Part shown: in pieces, positions 25,127 to 37,100 of the stretch
Layout of the letters: every line of letters starts with the position of its first letter
Numbering within the stretch: position 1 is the stretch's first letter
Source: Lingula anatina
Taxonomy: Eukaryota; Animalia; Brachiopoda
Length of the DNA stretch: 64,000 nucleotides
Assembly (NCBI GenBank): GCA_051362555.1
Contig: CM120640.1
Span: 66,318,788-66,382,787, forward strand
Reading direction: 5' to 3'
Notes under the pieces: generated by a model
What the model saw: the letters and a program-made list of their open reading frames with translations, nothing else
Database searches by the model: none
Told to the model about the DNA's origin: nothing
Program-made: the position numbers and the translations under genes

Positions 25127-28100
25127 CTTAAATTAACACTGCATGTGTACATGTAGGTTGTTATTCTGCACCACATGTTGTCCAAAGCAGCCATCAAGGC
25201 CAGACCATCTGTGTTATGGTGCTACAAAAAGGAGCTGGGATTCAGTAGGTAAGACATTTAAATTGTTGTAATGGTTATCCATCACATAATGCCATTTCAA
25301 CATACTTGTACTAAACAATCACCTAGTCACACCAACATTAGAACCTGAAAAATTTTTAATGCAAAACTCATCATTTATTCCATGTGGTCAGAGTGCATTG
25401 CCAAATAAATATTTATTTTTTTCATTTCAAATGTACAATAGATTTTTATTTATTTATTTTTAAAAATTTATATTTAGAATGAAAGTTTTTGTTTTTGATT
25501 GGTTAAATGGGGGAAAACAGAAATATAGTATAAAATACATAAAAAATTTCATTTGTATTGTAGCCATAGGAAGAAAAGAATGCGTCAGTTGCAGAAGAAG
25601 ATCAAAAGTGGTAAGCTGGATGTGAAAGAGGATGACCCATTTGAGCTCTTTGTGGCAGCAACAAATATAAGATATACTTATTATTCTGAGACACACAAGA
25701 TTCTTGGGAATACATTTGGGATGTGTGTGTTACAGGTAATTTATTTAGTAATACTGTTTAAATAATGTTATATAATGATTCTAGTGTCCAGTGTAAAGTT
25801 TTCAAAGTTTTGTAATAACCTGTTTAAATGAAAATTATTTAAGGAAGATAGATAGGAAGATTGATGATTATTATTGTTTTGTATTGTTTATGAAGTTATT
25901 TATTAATTGAATTTGGAAATTAGTCACTGCTATGGGTACTTACAAAAGATTATTTACATGATTTTTTTTCTGTTCCCCCCCTCCAAAAAAAATAATAATA
26001 ATGATAATAATAAAAATTAAATGCATTTATTTGAAGCAATTTATATTTCTTAATAGTATGATCTATATATGCAGGACTTTGAGGCTTTGACTCCTAACCT
26101 CCTAGCCAGGACTGTGGAGACAGTGGAGGGAGGAGGTCTGGTAGTTCTGCTCCTCAGGACAATGACATCCCTCAGGCAGCTGTATACCATGACTATGGTA
26201 GGTGACATCAAATAACAGCTGTTTACCATAACTATGGTAGGTGACATCAAATAACAGCTGTATACCATGACTATGGTAGGTGACATTAAATAACAGCTGT
26301 ATACCATGACTATGGTGGGTGACATTAAATAACAGCTGTATACCATGACTATGGTAGGTGACATCAAATAACAGCTGTATACCATGACTATGGTAGGTGA
26401 CATCAAATAACAGCTGTATACCATGACTATGGTAGGTGACATCAAATAACAGCTGTATACCATGACTATGGTAGGTGACATCAAATAACAGCTGTATACC
26501 ATGACTATGGTAGGTGACATCAAATAACAGCTGTATACCATGACTGTGGTAGGTGACATCAAATAACAGCTGTATACCATGACTATGGTAGGTGACATCA
26601 AATAGTAGCATTTACCACTGGAGTCTGTAACACATAATGTAATGAACCTTTTCATATACATATGGAATGAATGTCCTAAACTTACATAATTTTGAATGCT
26701 TAATTTAAAGCGTGGGCTCAGAATAAGACATGTTTTTCATCTAACTTAGTGGATAATGCAATCCAAAGATTCCACGGTTCGTGTCAGATTTACGTAAGGT
26801 CGCGCAAAGAAAACCCAAGTCCACATAATGACCACTTAAAGATTTATTCATTGTCGCTCGGTAGCTACATATTCTAAGTGAAGTCTCCAACTCTTAACTC
26901 GTCTGCGCCGTACTCCGTCACTTCCAATCTCCTCCTTTGATGCCTCCTCTCGCTGTCCTCCTCTATGTCTCCCCTCTGTTCAATTCCCATTGCTTAAATA
27001 CTAATTTGTTATCTTACATGGATCCAATGCTGCACTATTGTGCGATGTACGTCAAACCTAATTACTTTTAATTGCATAGTTAATTTCTTTACTTCGGCGT
27101 TATACACAGAGACCGCAGCATTACTCAAAAACTATTGGACTACATCACATTACATCATATGAGTTAAAAAGATACATGTATCTATGTCGGACACAACATA
27201 ATCCATTTTCTAAATTATTTTAAAGCTTGTTGATTAGTAAGGTTTTAAAAATTGTAGCTGATTGGTCATTTATGTCAGATTTAAAACTCTTCAATACAAA
27301 TAAAACTGACTAAAACTAATCACATTTTTTATGTTGTATTATTGCAGGATGTCCATGCTAGGTTCAGGACAGAGTCTCATCAGGATGTGGTTGGAAGGTT
27401 CAATGAAAGGTGAATTTATATTGCATGCAATAACCATTTAAAAGTGAATTATAACTCGTGTACTACAGCAAGACATCCTTTAAATAATATGAGAGCAGTT
27501 TAGAAATAATTTTATGTTATTAAAGGTCTGTTGAAGATGACTACTTATTCTTGGTCATGGTCTTAATATTGAAATGAATTTAATCAGTCTGTCTAGTTTG
27601 CTTTTAAACAAAAATATTAATGTGAAAATATTTTGTGTTATGGGACATACCCCATCCAAGCTAAGTAAAAAGATTTATTACTTTCATACATATTTATACA
27701 ACTTGCCTGCACTTCAGATATGAAATTATAATTGTAACATAACTCATTATTTCAGGTTCTTGCTGTCTTTGGCATCCTGTAAAAGATGTATGGTAATTGA
27801 TGACCAGCTCAATGTGCTCCCAGTATCTTCACATACGCTGCAAATTCAGCCTGTGCCACCTAAAACTTCAGTAAGTAATTGAGTCAGTTGACACAAAGTA
27901 TCCTGTTGTTCTTCATATCAAACATGTACTCTGGTAGCAAAATCAGATTTCAACTGCAGAAATAGATCAGAAGCAGTTTTATGTATTATTAAGGTGTTGT
28001 ATTTGTAATTTTCACGGTTGCTTTCTGTACAGGATTATTGGAATATATTCATATATTTTGAAAGGGATTTTTTTTTGCTAAAAATTACTATTGATGTCTT

Positions 28101-28255
28101 TATGAAAAAATTGTAGTATACTTCACTTTTTGTTTTAAAAAGGATGACCCCCTGCCTCCGTCAGAGCAGGAACTAAAGGAACTGAAGGAGTCTCTACAAG
28201 ACACTCAACCAGTGGGGGTGCTAGTGGACAGCTGCAAAACTCTGGATCAGGTCAG

Positions 28256-28326
<71 letters not shown>

Positions 28327-31102
28327 TTTTAATTTTTTTTACTGTTGATATCATTTGTGAAAATATATTCGGAATAATGAAAGAACACAAGATTCTAAAT
28401 GTTTTTCTTGAAGCAAATATTTAATTTTTTTATTGCACAATTTTTTATTATCAAGAGAAAGCTTATGACGATTAAAATGATTTTGTATGAAATCATTGTG
28501 TCCAAAAACCATACACCGTAAAAGAAGCAGTGTTAAATACAAGTGTTAATTGTTTTATACTTAAGATTTAAAGTACAAAAAAGAAATATTGATGTTGTTG
28601 TTAAGTAATTTCTTTTGATTCTGAAGTTATAACTCTTTTATAACAGTAAAAACTGTTACTGTAATGCAATTCATTTTGATTTTGAAGCCTATTCAAATAG
28701 ATCATCAATAACATACTTTAATAAACAAAATATTAAAAGCACAGCCCATCAGAAGGTATTAATGATAAGTACTTCAGCATGTAGTTAAGAATGCGTATTT
28801 TGCTGTTATCTGGTAAGGCCACCAAGATCATTCAAAATCACATAGTATTTTAGAACTTTAGGCAGAGGTAACATAGCTACCTTTGGCAATATAGGAATCT
28901 TTAACTTAGTTCTTATTGCCAGTCTACATATCTGCTGTAGAGAAGGCACACTAAGCAACAGGTCATCCAGCAAAGAGGCTGTCTGTGAACCCAAGATGGC
29001 AGTGGATAGCATCTCTCTGTCATGTTTGTCAATCTGTGCCCCGGCCAAGAGCAGCATTATTAGTGCTCTTTCATCTGCATGGGGGGCAGCTAAAATGGCG
29101 TAATGAAAAGCATTCTTACCAAGACCATTCTGCAGATTAGGGTTACAGCCAAACTGCAGGAGGTACTGCATAGATTTCAGACACCTAGCTTTGGTGGCCA
29201 GTATGAGGGGCGTGTTGCCATTACAGTCCTGAACATTAAATTCTGCTCCATTCTTCAGCAGTTGGAGAACTGCCTGTGGAAATCCATCTAGAGCAGCAAG
29301 ATGGAGGTATGTCTGCCCAGAGAGAGCCTGATGGTGCACATTAGCTCCACCTGCTATAAGCTTGTTCAACACTGCTAGATTTCTGTGAGTCAGAGCCAGA
29401 TAGATTGGCGTGTGATTTTGTGAGTTGAAGATGTTAGCATCAGCTCCTGCTTTGAGCAGCAGTTCAGTGATGTCGTCATCGCCAGTGGAAGCCATGAGGT
29501 GTAACACCGTATTTCCTCCATTATTGACTGCATTCACGTCACATCCTGCCTGTACAAGTCTCTGTACTATGTGAATGTGCCCACGTTTAGCTGCTAAGGA
29601 CAAGGCAGTGTTATGTCCTTTATCATATCCATTGAGATTTATACCAGCATCAATGAAGAGATCCACCACATGCTGATGGCCATAGTAAGCTGCTTCATGC
29701 AAAGGTTGGGACAACCAGTTATTGCTCCATTTTCTTGAAGATCGGATACTGAGGTGGTGAATTCCCCTTACGAAACTTATAGAGGCACTGTGGATGTCAC
29801 TGAACAAATGTTCTGTTGGTGTGTTTGGAGAGACTCTTTCTCCATCATCACCATCAATCTCATCATTTTCATTACTGCCACCGTCATTATGAGTGTAGCA
29901 GCCGTTCTTCAGTACATGCGACTCTGGTCCAGATCTCCTCTTTGGAAAAAGTGGTTTTGAAACAAAACCTCTTGAATTGTCTAAAACAAGTGCTGCCTCT
30001 CCTTTGCTTGACAACTGGAGGAAGATAGCAGAGTCCTGATTTGAAGAATTTGAGCTCACGCAATTCCCCATGTGAAATTTAAGATATGTCAACAAATGTT
30101 GATTCTTGAACGCATATTTCATTTCCACATTTTACCTCCATGGTGGTGCAGTTTTTTACATAAAAAATTCTGGAAAAATTCCAATCAAAACACAAATGTT
30201 ATGTTACATGTGCTATTTTCAATACATATGAGGAATACTTCCGTCATACTGCCACAATAAGAACGTTTTACATGTTGCCAGATTTTAGCATAACTACTTA
30301 CTGCAGGTTTCTCTAATTGTACATGTATTTAAAGTTATTTAATGAGCTCATGTTGAGGATTTAAAGTTCCATGTGGGTTTATATAGTACTCTTATCATGT
30401 CCCAGTTTAATGTGTGTTCAATGCACTATCTCCGTCAGCTCATTCTGTAAGGACAGGTATCTTCTCTGATGTAGTATTGCATAACTGCTGGCATACATAC
30501 CACAGGAACCCTGGGCTCTGTGTGTTCTCAGATAAGATGCATGCCTTAGCTGGCTTACACTGTGTTACTGCTCAGTGTACAGATTCACAGCTATAGTCAA
30601 TAATACTCTTATGCCTAGTCACATTCTGAATACTGTTGATTGTCTGCAAAGTCCTTAATGAAGCCTAAAGGTTAATTCCCTGGTTGAACTATGAATACCA
30701 CTTTGAATAACTTGTTTAAGTTGTGAAAGACATTTCTCTAAGTGAATCACCAGAAGTCTTCCTGGGTGACATTTTCTGACCTACAGCTATGTGCCACAGG
30801 TGACATCTTGTCCGTTGTGTAGATCATAAAAAGGGTTTTTTAATAGTTTTTGATACTTGATCTTGTTATGTGCCTGACTGGATGTAGTGCCTGGATAACT
30901 AACTGGGTCTGTACATTCATGTTCAGGGGACCGCAGAGAGATAGGTGTATTGTGTATTGTCCTCACCTATCAAATAACTATGGCAAGTTTTCTATGTTAC
31001 AACTCATTTAGATGTGCCACTGATGCACTTAAATTGTCTGACTTGTGTATTGAAGGCAGGATAATCCACTGGTTTTTTACAACTTAATATTTATATCTGT
31101 AT

Positions 31103-31156
<54 letters not shown>

Positions 31157-34100
31157 ATACTATGGATAACAAAAGGTCCCACATATTTGATGATTGCAGC
31201 CACACATGACAGCTTTCTTGCTGTTCACATTTTAATTTGATGGAGGCAAAAAGTTGGATTGGGCCACAATTAAATAAGTGCACAGGCAGAACTTTAATAT
31301 TGGTTTTATATTGAAAAGTAGGGCAAATTGAACAATAACTGTTATCAAAACCCGCATAAGGAGTTACACAATTTTGTATCGCAATTTGAACAGTGAAAAG
31401 TTTTTACTCTTGGCCTAATTATGGCTTTATGTCGATAATCAGATTTTTTGCCATCTTTGAACACATGCACACTAACGTGTGTGTGGGAAAATCATCAAAT
31501 AATGTGAAATTACAGTTTTATTTGGTTTTAGTATTGAAAAAAAAATGTCACCATCCCATAAAATGCAGGACTTTATTTTAATAAATAATTCTAACTTAAA
31601 TTTAGCATATTTGACTATGGGTTGAATTATCCACATGGATATTAATAAAATTTGTTTTTGTATCCTCTTTTTTTTCCTTAGGCAAAAGCAGTGCTCAAAT
31701 TTGTTGAAGCAATATCTGAGAAGACTCTGCGCAGCACAGTGTCACTTACAGCTGCTCGTGGTCGAGGGAAGTCTGCCGCACTGGGCCTAGCCATTGCTGC
31801 TGCAGTGGGCTTTGGGTACGTACCATTTTTTCAGAGTTGATTTTCAAACTATGGATTTCAATATTAGGCTAAAAGTATATGTAAGAATTGTAAAATACTG
31901 GTTTAAAAATATATTATTAGTATATACAATTTGGCAGTTAGTTTACAATTTGGCAGTTATTAATAAATGTGTTATGCTTTCTAAAGATGTATTCTTTCCT
32001 ATTTTTCTTACATTTTTAAAAAATTTATATCCATTTCAATTTCAGATTTAAATTAGATAGATATTAGATGGAAATAATTTTTATCATATTATTAAGGTAC
32101 TCCAATATTTTTGTCACCTCCCCCTCACCAGAGAACTTGAAAACAGTATTTGAGTTTGTATTTAAAGGATTTGACAGTTTAGAATATCAGGTAATCAATG
32201 AATGTAAATTGTCTTCTTTTCACTTTGCTGAATTAAGCTAGTCTACCAATAACCTTCTGTGTAGACACATTTCAAATGTAACATATTAAAAATAAAGATT
32301 TTGTATTGCAATTTTAATAGTTCAAAAATTATTTTTATTTTTAGTGCATTGAAATCTGTTTGATTAACTTGTGAAAAATATGTTTCTGTTTGTATATATA
32401 GGAGCATCTAGACTATGAGTTGGTGCAGTCCACCAATCCAGAGTTCAACAATGCTATAGTTAGAGTGAACATTTTCAGAGAGCACAGGCAGACCATACAG
32501 GTTGGTGACCACAACTCACTAATAGAGCTTTACTTCGATGACCAACTTTATTTTAACAACATCAACATTTTTAATACTTCTGTTTGCCAGCAATATAGCT
32601 TGTAACAAGCTCGACTAGATGTCTAAACAGCATGTGTAAATCAACTCAGTTGTAGTTGAAAGGTATCCTCTTGTTTTCAGTATATTCACCCTGGAGATGC
32701 ACACAAGCTGGGTCAAGCAGAACTGGTCTGTATAGATGAGGCAGCAGCCATTCCATTACCTCTGGTGAAAAATCTTCTTGGTCCATATCTTGTCTTCATG
32801 GCTTCAACAGTAAATGGGTAAGGATAATTTCTAATGTTTCAATGCATCAAAGAACTCATTTCTTTACTCAGAAAATAGAAAGTGCATTGAAACTATTGTA
32901 CTAGGTAAAATGCCCCCTCTTCTTTCCAACATACCCATATAATCACCAGCTTTACTTTATTCTACTCAGTGCCAGGAGGAGGCATGTCTTAAAATCTGTT
33001 AATCTGATTTCATTCAGCGAGAGTCCCTGCAGAGTTGCTTTGAACTCCCTAGTTAATTGTGAACACACCCTTTGATTTGAAATATGTATAATTCTGATAT
33101 GCGTGATAAGATAAAGTATGACGTAACCATTGAAATTTTCTTTTGAAAAGTTATGAAGGCACTGGAAGGTCTTTGTCCCTGAAGCTATTGCAGCAATTAA
33201 GGCAACAAAATGTGACATTTGGGAAGCAGGCAACGGATCAACAGAAAGGGGCACCTGGCGGGCTGGCTTCTGCCACAGGTAGTTCACCTGTTTACAGTAA
33301 TAGTTTTCAAATAATCAAAACATCCATATATGTACACAATCAGTGAACATTAGAAACCATAAGTGTCTTACGTCTGATTTCTGTCATATTGAACACATTG
33401 AGTGGAAAAGATATTTCCAGTTTTGAAGCATGTGAAGAGGTATAAATATCCTGTATACACAACCTTAGATTATTTTATTCTTTTCTTAAGTTTCAAACAT
33501 ATTATGCTTTTTTTAAATGAAATATTTGTCATTTGTAGGTCGCATACTGCATGAGATATCGCTGACGGAGTCTATACGCTATGGAGATGGGGATGCTGTA
33601 GAGCAGTGGTTGAATGAAGTTCTCTGTCTGGATGCTTCCAATGTTCAGAGGATCTCGTCTGGGTGCCCTGTCCCTGAGAATTGTGATTTGTACTATGTGA
33701 ACAGGGACACTTTGTTTTCCTATCACAAAGCCTCTGAGGCTTTCTTACAGAGAATCATGGGGCTGTATGTTGCTTCTCACTACAAGGTACACAATACGGC
33801 ATTACTTGTAAAGTTTGATGAAAGATATATATATATTTTATAGGTAATAATTTTAATGGAGCATTGCTATCATGGTATGTTCTGTAAGATTCTGTAAGAA
33901 ATGCCCACTGTTAAGTGGGTTTACTGTCAGATTGTATTGAAAATATCACTAAATGCTAAAACAGTATTTTATCTGGTTCAATTACTGATGAAATACAGTT
34001 GTTTATCCCGTTTTTATTTTTATCATCAGAATACTCCCAATGACCTTCAGATGTTGTCAGATGCTCCAGCACACCACATCTTTGTTCTCCTGGGACCAGT

Positions 34101-37100
34101 AGACCCCACACAGAACACACTGCCTGAAGTGCTCTGTGTCCTACAGGTTAGAGTGTTAGAGAATTTTGTATTTGATGGGACCTGGAGAAAAAGTTAGAAG
34201 GTTTTATATGAGGTTCATTGTAAATAAATTTTTCTTTTTACAGTAAATCTGTTTATTATTGTCTGAATAGTGATTTGTCCAATAAAAATATTTCTTAAGG
34301 AAAGCAAATTGCTTTTTGGACAAAAGGTTGATATTGAGTGTGGAATTGTATTTTGTCTTTATTTATGTGCAATGACTTTGCTAAGTTTCATCTAAGTGTT
34401 ATTGATTCAGGTGTGCCTGGAAGGTGAGATCTCTAAATCTAACATAATGAACAGTCTCTCCAGAGGCAAGAGAGCATCAGGGGATCTTATTCCATGGACT
34501 ATCTCTCAGCAGGCAAGTAGTGAAAGTTGCTGCATAAACTTGCTGCATAAACGGTGAATGTAAAAAGATCCATGGTTTAGGGAATTTTATTATTAAAGGA
34601 CAATCATTCTACAGACCATCTGTCTATCACTGTTGACAGGTTTTGAATGTTTTTGAATTTTTAATGGCTGTTCCACAACAAATATGTATGAGCATTTCTA
34701 TAAAAAAATTTGATTCTTCCTCCATCAGTGAAAGTGGCTCACAACCTCCATTTGATTTTAACTGTACTATTATTATGTGTATCATCATTTCAGTTTCAAG
34801 ATCATGACTTCCCCCAGCTGTCAGGAGGCAGAGTGGTGAGGATAGCCACCCATCCAGATTATCAGGGGGTGAGACTCAAGTCTTCACTGTTCAAACTTTG
34901 TATAGATTCTGTGAAGTTGTCAATGAAATGTTTGGCAATCAAATATGATATAGCACATGTTTGTAAGAATGCAATTAAGATATGGCTGTTAGTTTATTTT
35001 TTTATATTTATACACGGAGTAAAAATATATGATGTTTTGTTCTAGATGGGATATGGGACACGTGCCTTGGAAATTCTGCAACATTATTATGAAGGCAAGA
35101 TACCCAGCTTAGTGGAAGATGCTGTTGTGGAAGAAGCTGTTCCTACTGTTAGCAAAGACGTAAGTGTTTTCTTAATATTTAGTCAGTGATTGAGTCATAC
35201 AAATCTCTAAATTTATAATTTTCATACACATGATGATGATATTAAAAGACCTGTCCCTTTTGCCCCAATAGGCTGTGGGTCTTCTTGAGGAGAGGATTGC
35301 ACCCCGAAAGAACCTCCCACCATTGTTACTAAAGCTCAGTGAGAGACCTGCAGAAAAGTTGGACTATCTTGGAGTGTCGTATGGGTTGACTGCAGGACTC
35401 CTGAAGTAAGTTAGTACAAATACAGTGAATAATTTTAAAAGTTTATAAGCTTATTGTACTAAGGTTTAGTAAAGTTTACACCATTTAGGGGCAAGCGGTG
35501 TTGAGGGAAACAGTATTGTTGAAAAAAATCCTAGGAAAGCAGTGAGAAAAAGATGATGAAGATACATTCCTGTATATTTTCAGGTTCTGGAAGCGTTCTG
35601 GTTTTATCCCTGTTTACCTTAGGCAAACACCAGTAAGTGATACTGTTTGGCTGTCATCTTTCTCATCTCACTTTATTTTTTTGACTGTGATTCTTCATGC
35701 ATCTGTGTTCTCAGAAAAAATAAAATTAGATGAATTTGTCTAGCAGTATATTTGATGTGTCTGTTACTGATTATTTCTCTTCACAAAATATTACTATGTG
35801 GGATTTAATTGGTTTATCAAAATTAATTTTTTTCCCTTCCTCTTCCAGAATGATTTAACAGGGGAGCACTCGTGTATTATGTTGAAGGTTTTAAATGAAG
35901 GAGAGAAGACAGAACAGGAAGAGGAGTCCTGGTTGATGGCATTCTGGAAAGGTTGGTTTAACTCTCAGTAATCAATTACAGGATATTTTAAAATATCTTT
36001 AAACTCTTAAAAGACTTCCTTTCTTGTTGTCAAGCATATTTTAATAGATGTTTAAAAGATGTTTCTAAAGCCTTTTCACTGAAGCCTGATTAATTGTACC
36101 ACCAGCGTTAGCGCTGGCGGTACACATGGTTTCGGTCCCGTCCAGATCGTTCCGCCGGCTCCGTTGGCTCCGCCGGCTCCGCCGGACGGCTACCGTTACC
36201 GCTTCTCCTCCTAGACGGTAAGGGCCCCCGTACCCATCTCATGGATTTAGGTCACCTATAATCTCAACTCGTTCCACGTAAAATTTGGGCTTTGTCGGTA
36301 TTGGGGTCTGGGTGTGGCACTCATTGCAATGCACCCTTGTCTAAAAATGGCAAAATTAAATGCTAATTATCTACCCTACGGAAGGAGTTATGGGAAAAAT
36401 TTCTATAGACGGCTTTCCAAAAGTCATATGTGTAGATTTCAAATATACCCTTGGATTTGACCTTTGACCTCTACTTCAAGGTCAAATGGGCCAAAATTTC
36501 AAAAAAATGAAATTTTTTACGAAAAAAAATTTTTTTGCCCTGTTATTCAGCCACCACACAGACTTAACCAATAATATTATTGGAAAGTGTTACACTTCAG
36601 GTCATCTTTCATCTCCATGAATTTGGGGTCAATCGGTGCATTTTCACGGGAGTAGCGGCCATAAGATACCGAAACTGAAAACTGTCTCTAATTTGGGAAC
36701 CGTTAATGCTAGAGACCCATTCTTTTTTTCATTTTGTAGAGCATGTAAAGCCCAACACTGGAGGTGGTCTCGGTTTTTTTGTATTCCATACGGTTTTCGA
36801 GTTACGCTGTATCAAAAAGTACATATTGGTGGTAAAAGCAAAATGTGCAGTACGGTAATGGATAATAAATTTTGAACTCTGGAAAAATAAAACATAAGGC
36901 TTGGCAAAGCAGACAACTTGTGTTCAAAAATGACATTATTTCATCAAATTTGAACTTCTGAAACTTCAGAGCACCTCCTATTTCAAGAATTTTGACCAAA
37001 ATGACATTTTCTTTATTTTAATTAATTTTTTCTGTACGAAATTTAAGGCACATTATGGTAACTCCAAAATTATAACATCTAGTCCCTTATATCTCCAAAA

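Noticed and set aside
26177-26605. 39-bp repeat array as a CRISPR array, or the 203-aa and 169-aa minus-strand ORFs as genes
   Set aside because: Units are head-to-tail with no unique spacers, the context is eukaryotic, and there are no cas genes. The ORFs arise only because the unit is a multiple of 3 and stop-free on that strand.
30072-30128. ORF-track start of the ASB gene at 30128
   Set aside because: That codon is GTG, unlikely as a eukaryotic start; ATG 30071 (MGNC) or 30122 are the realistic options.
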